From contig JANJGN010000037.1 in NCBI GenBank assembly GCA_026770705.1, positions 496,001-560,000 on the forward strand: a DNA stretch of 64,000 bases, read 5' to 3'. The stretch is from Isurus oxyrinchus (taxonomy: Eukaryota). The notes below the pieces were generated by a model. The model did not search any database. It was not told where the DNA came from and saw nothing but the letters and a program-made list of their open reading frames with translations. Made by a program: the position numbers and the translations under genes. Positions 23,745 through 35,777 of the stretch are shown here, piece by piece. Position 1 is the stretch's first letter, and every line of letters begins with the position of its first letter.

Positions 23745-24810
23745 TGGTGAGGCCACAACTGGAGTTTTGTGTGCAGTTCTGGTCACCACATTACAGTAAG
23801 GACGTAATAGCTCTGGAGAGAGTGCAAGGGAGGTTTAGAAAAATGTTGCCAGGGTTAGAAAAGTGTAGCTACGAGGAGAGATTGGATAGGTTGGGATAAT
23901 TTTCCTTCAAACAAAGAAGGCTGAGAGGTGACCTGATTGAGGTGTACAACATTATGAGGGGAATAGATAGAGTGGGCAGGATAAAATTGTTTCCCTTGGT
24001 GGAGAATTCTAGAACAAGGGCACACAGATTCAAGATAAGTGGCAGGAAGTGTAAGGGGGACATGAGGAAGAACTTTTTACGCAGAGGGTAGTGCGTGAAT
24101 GGAATTTGCTGCCCAAGTTGGTGGTAGAGGCAGAAACTTTAAACTCTTTTTAAAAGTGCCTGGATCTACACCTAAAGTGCTGTAAGCTGCAGGGCTATGG
24201 GCCAGGTGCAGGAAGATGGGATTAGAAAGGGCACCTGGGTGTCCTCGGGCTGGCATGGACAAGATGGGGTGAATGGCCTCCTTCTGTTCTGTAAATTTTC
24301 TATGGTCCTATGGTTCTACCTTCCAGCCAAAGTCTGGTATTGGATGTGAAGTGGAATTAACTCTTTGTCTGAGTCCATTACTATATATGAGTTTGAATCA
24401 AAACTCTAATAATCTGCATTACTCTAAGTAAGTGGAATTAACTTTCTGTCAGTTTTTGTTACTGTGAGTGTGGCAGAGTAGACAGGAAGACTTTTTCCCT
24501 CACATTGTTAGAAAGAAATAGGACCAGAAGGCACAGATTGGAGGTAATTGGCAAAATAATCAATGGTATTATGAGGAAAAATCTTGTCATGCAGCGAGTA
24601 GCTGGGGAATATGACTGACAATTTGGGGGAGGCAGGTTCAATCGAAGCACTTGAGAGAGAGAATTGGATTATTATCCAAAAAGGAACAAAGTGCAGGTCT
24701 ATGGGGAACAGGCAGTGAAGTGGCATGAGGTGAATTGCTCCTTCAGATGGCCAGCATAGTCATAATGGGCTGAATGGCCTCCTACTGTGCTGTAATCATT
24801 CTTTGATTCA
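23745..24810 (+). mobile_element. Two CR1 3' fragments (23745-24318, 24470-24810)
   Basis: ggccacaactggagttttgtgtgcagttctgg; both end with gaatggcctcc-type 3' UTRs. Confidence 0.85.
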
Positions 24811-25335
24811 ATGATTTAACTCTCTGTCAATCTCTTTTACACTAAGTGTGGGTGGAACTAACTCTGTCACTCTTTGTTCATGTATGTAAATGTGAAATTT
24901 ACTTCCTGTCAATCTCTGTTACTGTACAAGAAACAGTTAATGACCTTGTGGCAGAAATCGTTGGGCACTCCTGTTCTTAAAAGTACTCATGTTTAAACCC
25001 ATCAATGTCTCCTCTCTCTGCTCCGCAATTCAAAGTCAGTCTACAAGAACATACCTTCAAAGAAAGTGAGGAATGACTTCCACGTCCGACATCCACCCTG
25101 ACGCAAAAGGGATCTGTATGTGTCAGTTTGTGTTTCTGGCCTCGGTTTTGTGAGCAAGACCAGCAATAATTCACGTGCAAAATCAGGTGGATACTGGGAA
25201 TCTGAAATGAGGAGAGAAAATGCTCGAAATCCATGGCAGGTCAGGCAGCATCTGTGGAAAGAGAAACAGAGATCACGTTTCAGGTCACTGACAGTCAGCT
25301 TGCAAAATTACACTTACTAACATCTGCTCGTGGAG

Positions 25336-25360
25336 GCTGCAGTTCCCACAATTCCCTGCA
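25336..25360 (+). promoter_or_regulatory. ZNF143/Staf-binding-site-like motif
   Basis: GCTGCAGTTCCCACAATTCCCTGCA resembles ACTACAnnTCCCAnAATnCnnnGC. Confidence 0.4.
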
Positions 25361-25469
25361 TCTCAGAAACCGCTCTATTCAACGTACTGACTTCCCCAGG
25401 CATTGAGAGTGTGCATGCTCCCCAGAGCCGGTCCTGTGAAATTCCGAGGTAGACCTTTTGCCACTGCCA

Positions 25470-25850
25470 CTTGTAAGCCAATCCCACCAACTTGCCTTTG
25501 TCCTTTCGAAGTTGTAACACTTTCTTCCTCACTGTTCACAAACACACCAAGTTTAATGTCAACAGCAAATTTTGAAATGGTACCCCGTGCACCAACATTA
25601 ACATATATCAGGAAGAGCAGCGGTCCTAACACCGACCACTATAAACATTCCTCCCATTATAAGCATTAGTCCAATCTGAAAAACAACCATTCACCACTAA
25701 TCTCTGTTTCCTGTCACTCAGCCAATTCCATATCCATGTTGCTCTGTCCCTTTTATTCCATGAGCTCTAACTTTGTTCACAAGTCTGTTGTGTGAGACTT
25801 TATCAAATGCCTTTTGGAAATCCATGTAAACCACATGAACAGCTTCACCC
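25470..25850 (-). mobile_element. CR1 RT fragment
   Basis: Minus strand LGPLLFLIYVN..ISKFAVDIKLG and tggatttccaaaaggcatttgataaagt. Confidence 0.75.
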
Positions 25851-26537
25851 TCCCCAACAGATCTGACTGCACTACAGCCTTGGCCCAAACATGGACAAAA
25901 CTGCTGAACTCAATGGGTGAGGTGACAGCGACTGTCCTTCATATCAATGCAGCATTTGACAAGGAAGACCATGACACCAGGAAAAACATAATTTCCCACA
26001 AAAAACCTCCTCACAGAACAGAGAACATCTTTACACTAGAGGAAATATCTTTATCGAACAGAGAAAACTTTTGCACACAACGGATCATGTTAACACAGCC
26101 GGGAGCACATTTGCACAACAGGGAAGCATTTTACACAACGACAGTGAGGATGTTTCAACGGCAGAATCACAGTTTCACCACAGATGGAACAGTTGTACAG
26201 CATAGAGCGCAGTTACGCAATAGGAATTACATTTAAAACAGGCCCTATCTTTATGCAGCAGGAAATACCTTTTCGTAAATGATCAGTTTCTCCATCGTAA
26301 TATCTTGCTGGTTTGCTCAGCACCTTTTCCTGTCAGCGATTGTGTTTATCCTGATAGTCTCTTGCTACTTTCCTGTGTGCATTTCTCTGTCTGGTACATT
26401 TGTGGTAGCGTAAGTGGTTTTGCAGAGCTTGGGTGAGCTTCCCAATAGTTGTGCTCTTGTTTAAAAAGTAATGAGGAAGTGAATAGGTGTTTGGCTTCCA
26501 AACAACGGTAATAGGCCTTAGAAAAATATTGCTTCGG

Positions 26538-26609
26538 AGGAGACTGGTGCGCAGAAGCATGCTGGCCTCCTAACCCAGCGATCAATGGATTGAAATCATA
26601 CTCAGTTTA
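26538..26609 (+). pseudogene. Initiator tRNA-Met pseudogene
   Basis: AGGAGACTGGTGCGCAGAAGCATGCTGGCCTCCTAACCCAGCGATCAATGGATTGAAATCATACTCAG versus the iMet consensus AGCAGAGTGGCGCAGCGGAAGCGTGCTGGGCCCATAACCCAGAGGTCGATGGATCGAAACCATCCTCTGCTA. Confidence 0.75.
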
Positions 26610-27504
26610 TTTAAATTCTCATTAACACCAAAAAAAAGAAAATTGGCTGCGACACAAAATCACCTCTGAATTTGCTTCATAATAAATTTACATCAGCTTC
26701 TTGCTTCCAGTAAACACTTCAATCTGTAACCAATCTCTCAACTTGTTTTATTTCACACACGGACGCAGAAGAAGTGCTGCAAAAATACACCAGCCGAGGA
26801 TTTCCCCTTTCTCTCAGCCCATTTCAGGCCATGGTCCGAACGGCCTTCCCTTGTTCTCTATCACTCTTATGATTATCGGAGTAACAAAAAAGAAAACAAA
26901 TATCTTATTTGGACCCAATATAGTGAAGTTTAGACATATTAGCTTCAGTATATCCGATCTACAGGACATCCTGCAGTAATTCCCGTGCTTATTTGGACAG
27001 CAGCGTCCTCCCTGAGACATGGACCATGAGAAGGACAAGATTATCAGCATAGCGGAAACAGCATCACGTCAAGACACTGATAATCATTATTCTGACAGAT
27101 ATGATCATTCATTCTTAATCAATTATTTAAAATATGGAATTCTATCCCCAATATCACCATGAACTGGGAAGGTTTCGTTCCTTCAGGTTTGCATTAGAGA
27201 CACTTCTGTGAGTGTCTCTGGTTAATGAATTGATGATGCACGGAGTTCTCAGCTTTTACTCATTGATCTTCACAAGATTTGTTCCAGTTTTGACGTTGAT
27301 TTTTCCTCTGGTGTCGATTTACTCGAATTCCTCACCTGATTTCTCTGCTGTCCAATGAAGCTCACTCAGCAGAGTTTTCAATAGTAATTTGATTTTTCCT
27401 CACAATACTTCAATCACCATGTTTTTGAACAATTTGTTTAAAAAATATGCTCACAGCCGGCTTCCAGGAGCAGCAATGTGATAAAGACGATATAATCTGT
27501 TATA

Positions 27505-27780
27505 AAGTGATTTTAATTGAGGAATGAATGTGGGCTCCGACACCATGGAATAATTCCCCCGCCCCTCTCCGAAATGCTGCTTGGTATACTGCAGCTGAGA
27601 AGGCAGAGGGCACCTCAATTTACCATATCATCTAAAAGCTGGCGCCACTAACAGTGAAGCATTTACTGATTACTGCACTCGAGCGTCAGCCTGAATTTGT
27701 CCTCAGGATTCTGGAGTGAGTATCGAACTCACAACCTCCTGATTGTAAAGAGCAAGAGAATAACTGACTGAATCATTATT
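27505..27780 (-). mobile_element. DeuSINE (SacSINE1-like) remnant; paralog ~37990-38220
   Basis: ctgagaaggcagagggcacctc...catctaaaagctggc...cagtgaagca...tactgcact...gtcagcct (Deu-domain-like) plus a tRNA-derived head (gaactcacaacctcctga). Confidence 0.6.
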
Positions 27781-28271
27781 CACAGCAAAGGAAAGACGAC
27801 AGAAGACATTTCACTCCAAGGAGAGGCTGAAGTAGATTGTTAGTTGAAGAAATGTCACAGGCAATGAGAGATAAACACCCACAGTTGAAAGAGACCGACT
27901 TTTTATCACGGCAGGGAGAGAGATTGTAGCATGAATTTCGACTCCCAGTGCTTATGGTCAGCGCCCCAGTACAAGCTGAATGGTTTGCACACTGCCCGCT
28001 AGACTAAAAAACGAAGCTAGAATTTTATTTAATCATCGTAAAATTTTCAATCAGATCGGCCCTGAAACATAGATATTCACGATAGTACAGGAAACGTCAT
28101 AACTTGTGTCTGATATCACAGCCTTAAATTCAGATAATCATGGAATGATTAGCGACATTATCCCGACACCACCTCCTCTGGAAACCTGGTCTCGGAACGA
28201 TTGCACCCATGATATCAGACATTTCTTCTGAGAAAAGCACCCCGTTCACGAAGAACCCGTTAATAAAGTGA

Positions 28272-28353
28272 CGACGAAGGCGGAATTCGAACCCTCGCGT
28301 GCAAAGCACAATGGATAAGTAGTCCATCGCCTTAACCTCTCGGCCACCTCATT
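28272..28353 (-). pseudogene. tRNA-Ser (GCT body) with anticodon ACT, probable pseudogene
   Basis: AATGAGGTGGCCGAGAGGTTAAGGCGATGGACTACTTATCCATTGTGCTTTGCACGCGAGGGTTCGAATTCCGCCTTCGTCG. A and B boxes intact; A1-C72 and T-stem mismatches; T at position 37. Confidence 0.8.
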
Positions 28354-28875
28354 GTGAGCTCTTTCCTATTAAACCTCCTCCTATACTGTTTTGCATCCAT
28401 GAACTGTTGAACTAAATGAACCTGCTTGTTTCAGGTCCTGAATAACCATCCAGGTATCTCATGTAGTTTGTCAATAAAATACATTTCCAATCACATCAGG
28501 TCGAAAGTGTAAATCGACTGATGTGAATCACTTCAACACTTCAACATGATATCCAACATGTTTCTAGACTGAGTGAAAACCCACCGCGGAAAGACCGAAA
28601 CATACATTCATCTGGAAGAATAAAGAAACCCCTTCCGGCTCAGTGAAAGTACCGGAACACAGCTGACATGTGGTCTTTCATTCAAGACTGTAACTGACAG
28701 CAATCAACATCCGACTGAACACACAAGGAGAAAGTTGCCGTATTCGATGCATTAGGAGAAACTTTGCGTTGGTTTTCTGTGTTGTGATTTATTCTCTGCA
28801 ATGATTTCCCGGATGTTCAAAGCTGGTCCTGATTTCCCAAACTGGCACCGCCTCGAGCACACGAATTAATGTATT

Positions 28876-28879
28876 AAAA
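28876..28879 (-). terminator. Pol III terminator (T4) of tRNA-Pro(TGG)
   Basis: TTTT 8 nt downstream of the tRNA 3' end on the minus strand. Confidence 0.6.
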
Positions 28880-28887
28880 TGCTGGGT

Positions 28888-28978
28888 GGGCTCGTCCGGG
28901 AATTGAACCCGGGACCTCTCGCATATTAATTTATTACAAACACCCAAAGCGAGAATCATACCCCTAGACCAACGAGCC
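28888..28978 (-). tRNA. tRNA-Pro(TGG) with 19-nt intron (28924-28942)
   Basis: Exon 1 GGCTCGTTGGTCTAGGGGTATGATTCTCGCTTTGGG (36 nt), intron TGTTTGTAATAAATTAATA, exon 2 TGCGAGAGGTCCCGGGTTCAATTCCCGGACGAGCCC (36 nt). The spliced 72-nt product matches the vertebrate Pro consensus except for one T-loop base. Confidence 0.93.
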
Positions 28979-29184
28979 AGCTGCCGCAGGAAAGGGTTTC
29001 AACATATCCTTTCATTGTCACCCACAGGAAATTAACAAACTGCGAAAAACTGTGGATGCTGGAAATCTTTTGGAATAAATTAGAAATCCCGGGGTCTACT
29101 CCAACCAGTATAATTTGACTTCAGTTTTGTTGGGTTTCTCAATGTCACACACTGCCACATCCTTCGGTATAGTCAACTGTAGTC

Positions 29185-29340
29185 ACTTGCAACTCACGCC
29201 TTGAGTTCGGTTCTTTTGTCCATATTTGGACCAAGGCTGCAATGAGGTCGGGAGCTGAGTTACCCTGGCAGAAACCAAACTGAGCTTCAGTGAGCTGGTG
29301 ATTGGTGAGTTAGCGCCACTTGATCGCACTGTCGAAGACA
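29185..29340 (-). mobile_element. Inverted RT fragment of LINE family B
   Basis: Reverse complement is homologous to 30760-30910 (cagtttgggttctgccagggccactcagctcc). Confidence 0.7.
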
Positions 29341-29344
29341 CAGC

Positions 29345-32030
29345 AATGTGGCTAACTCTTGACTGCTCTCTGAAATGGCCTACCAAGCCTCTCAGTTGTA
29401 ACAAATCACTACAAAGAGGTGGTGGCATAGTGATATGCAGTAGGGTGGCAGTAGCCTTGGGAGTCCTCAACATCGCCTCTGGACCCATTGATGTTTCATG
29501 GCATCAGGTCAAACATGGGCATTGAAACCTGCTGATTAACACGTACCACCCTCCCGCAGCTGATGAACCAATACTCCTGCATGTTGAACACCACTTGGAG
29601 GAAGCACTGAGGATGGCAAGGGTACAGAATGGCCTCTGGGTGGAGGGATTCAATGTGCATCACTAAAAGTGGCTCGGTAGCACCACGACTGACCCAGCTG
29701 GACAAGTCCTAAATGACATCACTGCTAGACTGGGTCTGTGGCAGGTGCTGAGTGAACCACCAAGAGGGAAAATCGTACTTGAGCTCATCCTCACCAATCT
29801 GCCGGCCGCAGATGCATCTGTCCATGACAGTATCGGTAGAAGTGACTATCGCACAGAAGTTGTGGAGACGAAGTCCCGCCTTCATACTGAGGATAGTTGC
29901 CATCATGTTGTGTTGCACTACCACTGTGCTACATGGGATAGATTTCGAACACACTTAGCAACACAAGACCGGACATCCATGAAGCCCTGTGGGCCATCAG
30001 CAGAAGCAGAACTTTACTCGAACACAATCTGTAAACTTATGGGCTGGCATATTGCCCACTATATCATTACCATCAGGACAGGTGATCAACCCTGGTTCAA
30101 TGAAGAGTGAAGAGGGCATTCCAGGAGCTGCACCAGCCTTACCTGATAATGAGTTGTCAACCTGGTGAAGCTATGATACAGGACTACTTGCATGCCAAAC
30201 AGTATGTGCAGCAAGTGATCGACAGAACTAAGTGATCACAGAGCCAACAGGCAGACCTAAAATTCGCAGTCCTGCTACATCCAGTCGGTAATGGTTATGG
30301 ACAATTAAACAATTCACTGGAGGAAGAGACGCCACAAATATACCCATCCACAATAATGGAGGACTTCAGCACATCAGCACAAGCGATAAGCATTTGTTAC
30401 AAGAAGTGCTGAGTGGATGATCCATCTCCGCCTCTTCCAGAGGTCCCCAGCATCACAGATGCCAGTCTTCAGCCAATTCTATTCACTCCACATGTTATCA
30501 AGAAACAGCTGAAGGCATTGGGTAGTGCAAAGGCTATGGGCCTTGACAATATACTGGAAATACTACTGAAGACGTGTGCCCCAGAACTTGTCATGCCCCG
30601 AGCCAAGCTTTTCCAGCACAGATACAACACTGGCACCTACCAGTCTATGTGGAAAATTGCCCACGTATTTCCTGTACACAGAAAGTAGGCCAAATCCAAC
30701 CCGGCCATATTAGTTCCCAATCAGTCGACTCTCGATCATCATTAATGTATTGGAAGGTGTCATCAATAGTGCTATCAAGCGGCACTTGCTTAACACTAAC
30801 CTGCTCACTGACGCACAGTTTGGGTTCTGCCAGGGCCACTCAGCTCCTTACATCATTACAGCCTTGTTTCAAACATAGGCAAACAAGCTGAAGTCCCAAG
30901 GAGAGGTGAGAGTGACTGGCCTTAACATCAAAGCCGGATTTGCCTGAGTGTGGCATCAAGGAGTGCTAGGAAAACTGGAGTCAATGGGAATCAGGTGGAA
31001 AACTCCATTAGTTTGGAGTCATGCCTAAGGCGTTCAGTCATCTCAGCTCCAGATATTACTGCAGGAGTTCCTCAGGGTAATGTGCTCGGCCCAGCCATCT
31101 TCCACTGCTTCATCAATGACCTTTCTTCCATCATAACGTCAGAGGTGGGGATGTTCGCTTATAATTTCATGATGTTCAGCACCATTTGTGCCTCATCAGA
31201 TACTGATGCAGTCCATATCCAAATGCAGCAAGACATGGACAATATCCAACCTTGGGATGAAAAATGACAAGTAACGTTCATGCCACATAAAAGCCAGGCC
31301 ATCTCCAACAAGAAAGAATTTAACCATTGGCCCTTGACGTTTAATGGTGTTACCACCATTGAATCGCCTGCTCCCAACACGCTGAGGGTTACTGATGACT
31401 AAAAACTGAACTGGGCTAGCCTTATAAACACTGTCGTTAGAAGGGCAGGTCAGTGGCGAGGGATTGTGCGACGAGTAACTCACCTCCTGACTCTCCAAAG
31501 CTTGTCAGGCATATATAAGGTACTAGTCAGGAATGTGATGGAATCGTCGCCAATTGCCTGGTGGAGTGCAGCGCCCACAACACTCATGAAGCTTGGCATC
31601 AACCAGGAGAAAGCTTCATTGGCACCACATCCATAAACATTCATTCCCTCCACCACCAACGCACAGTCGAGGAGTGTGAAGCATCTACAAGATGCATACA
31701 GGAATTCACTAAGCCTCCTTAAACAACACTTTCCAAACCCATGACCACTATGGTCGAGAAGGGCAAGGGAAGCAGCTGTCTCGGAACACCATCACCTGAG
31801 AGTTGCCCTCCAAGTCACACGCCATCTTTTCTTCGAAATATATCACATTTGTTCCACTATCGCTCCGTCAAGATCCTGGGACCCACTTCCCAGCAGCACT
31901 GTGGGTGTGCCTACACTACATGGACTGCAGCAGCTCAAGAAAGCAGCTGACCACCACCTTCTCAAAGGCAACTAGGGATGGGCAATAAATGCTGGCCCAG
32001 CCAGTGAAGTGCACATCCCGTGAATAAATA
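29345..32030 (+). mobile_element. CR1/Jockey-group non-LTR retrotransposon (family B), APE+RT ORF2, decayed
   Basis: EPPRGKIVLELILTN, GDQPWFNEE, KAMGLDNI..LKTCAPEL and GVPQGNVLGPAIFHCFINDL, with 3' tail cacatcccgtgaataaataaaa. Confidence 0.9.
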
Positions 32031-32194
32031 AAAGTTTTCCTGTCACCTTCTATCATTTATGAACATGCCCACAATTTCCCCCTGCTCTTGCACGCCCTTT
32101 GGGTGCACATTCTTTATTTGATGTTCCCTCTTTGCTTTCTTCCGACCACAATTAATCTTTTCATTTCCCTGGAAAAGGAAATCAACAGCAAAAA

Positions 32195-32760
32195 CGCTGG
32201 TTAGTCCACAGCTGGAATTTTGTGTACAGTTCCAGTCGCCACCTTACAGGAAGGACATAATTGCACTGTAGAGAGCACAGAGAGGATTTACAAGAATACT
32301 GCCAAAGATTGAAAATTGCAGCTACGAGGGAAGATTGGATTGGTTAAGGTTGTTTACCTTAGAACAGAGGAGGCTGATGGGTGACCTAATTGAGGTGCAC
32401 AAAATGGTGAGTGGCCTGGATAGAGTGGACAGTAAATACTTGTTTCCCCTCGCTGAGGGGTTAATTGTCAGGGAACGCAGATTTAAGGTCATTTTTGGAA
32501 GGATTAGAGGGGAGATGAGGAAAAACTTTTTCATGTAACAGGTGGCGAGCATTTGGATTTCACTGCCTGCACTGGTGATTGAGGCTGAAACGCTCAACTT
32601 ATTTAAAATGTACTTCGATCTGCATCTGGAGCGCTGCAAGGCTACGGATCAGGTGCTGTAAAGAGGGTTTAAAATGAATGGCTAGTTTCTTCTTCATCTT
32701 TCTTCTATCCAGCACAGACATGATGGGCTGAATCACCTCTTTCTGCGCAGTCACTTTTGC
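32195..32760 (+). mobile_element. CR1 3' fragment
   Basis: RLFTLEQRRLMGDLIEVHKM and a 3' UTR. Confidence 0.8.
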
Positions 32761-32996
32761 AGGGTTATGTGGTTCACTCTGCCGCTTAACCGCCCATTCC
32801 ACCAAGCTGCCCATGTCGTTTTGAAGTTCTACTGAATTTCTATAGCTCTTTACGCAACCACAGGACGTCCAAAAACATTTTACGGATGATGAGTACTTTT
32901 GAAATATAGTCACTGTTCAAATTGCTGAGATTTTGAACCGTCTGTTCATCAATGTCAGAAATTCCCATATTGGGATGGGGAACAAGTATCATTGGT

Positions 32997-33085
32997 GTAG
33001 ATCTGGGCTCAACCAATAGCATGTTAGACTTGCAGTCGGCACAAACAGGGACATTTGAAGATTGTGGGTTGGAATGCTTTGGATA
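32997..33085 (+). pseudogene. Heavily decayed intron-containing tRNA-Arg(TCT) relic
   Basis: gggctcaaccaatagcatgttagacttgcag[tcggcacaaacagggac]atttgaagattgtgggttggaat aligns to 53743-53833, and its upstream 32770-32970 is the inverted paralog of 53860-54070. Confidence 0.6.
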
Positions 33086-34589
33086 AGCATTGAAGAAAGC
33101 GAGCAAGAGGTTTATCAATATTCTCACAAAAGGGAAACTGCCGTCCCGAACTTCCTTCTATACAGGTCACTCCCCACTTTCCCATCTGAACCACTGAACA
33201 GGCGAAATCTCATCACCGTCTCAGGACAAAACAAAAACCTTTGAAAGATGCTGACCAGAGTCAGTCTGCTCAGTCCTCAGAATGATTTGAAATTGGACAT
33301 ATACAGCCACCACGGAAACTGCTTCCCATTACTGCACAGTCATCTTTCCAGAATGTTCCTGACAGACAGCTCAAAACAAGGATGATGTGAGTCTGCACCA
33401 CTGAATACCAAGACCAACACGGTTATCACAGCTGTAGTGACAAGCTCCTGTTACAGCTTTAGATCAGACAGTGGAGGATTTTCACAGGTGCTCTTTCAGG
33501 CTGCATGTTCCTTCAGACAGGTTTCCAACTGGATACATGGAATGAGCGACTGTGTGAACATTAGTGGTTCAGGGCTGATTTCTCACTGGCCGGACTGGAG
33601 TTCCAGTTCCTTTCCAAGACATTTCTCTTTCTGAATCCATCTCTGTCCTCTTGCTCATTTACAATTTGCATTGTTTCATCATTGGCGGCCAAGTTTTCAG
33701 CTGCCTGAGCCTTTAGCGCTGCAAATCCTTCTAGAAACATTCCCATTTCACTGTCCCCTTTAATACTCTCTCAAAATCAATCAGTTTTACTAAAGTTTTG
33801 TTCATTTGGCCAAATATCTGACTCGATGTCGAATGTGGCTAGATCAAGCTCCTTTGAAGTGCTTTGGGGAGTTTTGTTAAATCACGGTGCTGCTGCTGGA
33901 ATGGCTCGAGTTTGGATAAATTCACATCCAGCTTCAATCTTCTTAAAGATTCACCTTTATTCCCTCCACTTGCTTTGCATCGAAAAAACATCTCCTATGA
34001 GGTGTTCAAAATGATGACCAGTTTACTAGAGTAAATAAGGAGAAACTGTTTCCACAGACAGGAGGGTCACTAACCAGAGAACACAGTTTGAAGCTGATTG
34101 GGAAAAGAACCAGGAACGGGGTGAGTAGAATGTATTTTACACAGTGAGCTCATTGTGAAATGGAAGCTACCTGGGAGGGTGATGGAAGCAGATTAATTAT
34201 TAACTTTCAAAAGAGAGTTGGAGAGAAAAAAAAAACCTTGAAGGAAGGGAATACAGGACAATGGGGAAAGATCATGGATCTCGGAATAATTATATCACTC
34301 AATCAAATACCCACCACAGGCGGGATGAGCTCTTTCTGTCCTCTATCATTCTATGTTTCATGGATGGAAATCAGTCCTACATTCTGTAGAGCAGGAAGGG
34401 TGTGAGAAGCTGGCATGGGAATTGATCCCGTGGGCACAGAATGGAATCGGTAAAATTCTGTATTTTGTCAGGGAATCGCAACTGTGTAGATATGACTCTG
34501 TCTGTGTAAAAGTGGCTTGTTACCCATTCCAGATAAGTGACGGTTTGCTTAAAAGGGATGTGTTATCAGTCAATGAACAGGCTATAATA

Positions 34590-35490
34590 TAAAAACGGAA
34601 AATGCTGATAATACTCAGCAGTAACAGTGGAGAGAAAAGGAATTAAGGTTGGTGGCCCTTCATCTGAACTGAGGGAATATAGGAATGTAATTGGCTTGGA
34701 GCAAGGGACCAGTCCGGGTTTTGAGAAGAAGTTGAACAAAAGTGCAGGTCTGTAATGGTTTGGGGGCCTGGAGAGAGTAAATTACAAAAGGTTTCACGGC
34801 GCCAAAGCCAAAGGACTGGATCAGGCAAAAAATAAAATGTGGCTCCAGATGAGGTGAGAATGGCTAAAGATCAGCTGCCCAATTGCTAAGTGAAGGAATT
34901 AAATAAGAAACAGAAAATAAAATTCTAACCCTGAAAGAAATACATGAAACAAAAGGGAGGCTGAGTTTATAATTTAAAAATATTGAACTCGACGTTGAGG
35001 CCAGAAATGTGCAGGGTGAGGTGTTCTTCCTCGAGCTTATCTTATTCTTCACTGGAACACTGCAGCAGACCAAGGACAGAAAGGTCAGAGTGGGAGCACG
35101 GTGGAGAATTGAAATGGCAAGTGGCAGGAAGCTCAGTGTCAGGCTTGCGGATTGAACGGAGATTCCTCAAAGGATCACCCACCTAAAGCAGATGAGAACG
35201 TATTGCGGCAGCAAATGCAGCACATTAAACTGAAAGAAGAACAAGTGCATCTCTGTTTCATTGGAAGGAGTTTTTGAGGCCTTGGATAGAAAGGTGTCAT
35301 TGAAAGGGGAGGGGATATTGACTGAGTCAAGGATTTCACAGTGAGGGAGAAGGAAATGATGATCTCACCGGTCTGAAATGCTAGCTCTCTATTTCTCTCC
35401 ACGGATGCTGTATAGTTGTTGTGTGTTTCCAGCACTTTCTGATTGTTACTATTTCTGATGTTCAGCATTCGCAAGATGTTGCTTTTGGAC
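34590..35490 (-). mobile_element. Decayed Penelope-like 3' region (GIY-YIG end and tail) with an inverted tail at 35345-35490
   Basis: cttcactggaacactgcagcagaccaaggacaga is homologous to 3661-3693. Confidence 0.75.
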
Positions 35491-35771
35491 AGTTTAATTT
35501 ATGACCTGTTTTCAGGGGATCCGGTTGCCTCGAGTCTGGCTCGGCCAACCCCTTGAGAAGCTGGCAGTGAGCTGCCTTCTTGAACTGCTGCAGCCCATAT
35601 GGTGTAAGTACGTCCACAGCGCTGTAAGGGAGTTCCAGGATTTGAGAGCGCGATACAGTTCCAAGTCAGGATGGTGTGTAGCTCGGAGGGGAGCTTGCTG
35701 CTGTTCTCATGCATCTGCTGCTTTTTTTCTTCCAGGTGGTGGAGATCTCGAGTTTGGAAGGTGCTGAAGGT

Positions 35772-35775
35772 AAAA
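35772..35775 (-). terminator. Pol III terminator (T4) of tRNA-Leu(CAG)
   Basis: TCTTTT immediately after the discriminator base. Confidence 0.65.
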
Positions 35776-35777
35776 GA

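Larger units (their letters stand above)
19850..24925 (+). repeat. Degenerate ~40-bp tandem satellite (consensus ~GAGTGTGGAATTAACTCTCTGTCAGTCTCTGTTACTGTAT) interrupted by CR1 insertions
   Basis: Blocks at ~19850-20590, 22555-23740, 24320-24470 and 24810-24925, with recurring gtggaattaa and tctctgttac. Confidence 0.85.
26340..27925 (+). repeat. Segmental duplication unit C (initiator-Met module), direct paralog of 36840-38375
   Basis: Shared blocks ttctctcagcccatttcaggcc, tatttggacagcagcgtcctccctga, aaggtttcgttccttcaggtttgcattagagacac and cacccacagttgaaagagac. Confidence 0.9.

Noticed and set aside
19850-24925. CRISPR-like array
   Set aside because: Units are contiguous and degenerate with no constant repeat plus unique spacer pattern, there are no cas genes, and the context is a vertebrate genome.
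27710-27780. Additional tRNA gene (B-box-like TCGAAC)
   Set aside because: It is the tRNA-derived head of the adjacent DeuSINE-like element; no cloverleaf.
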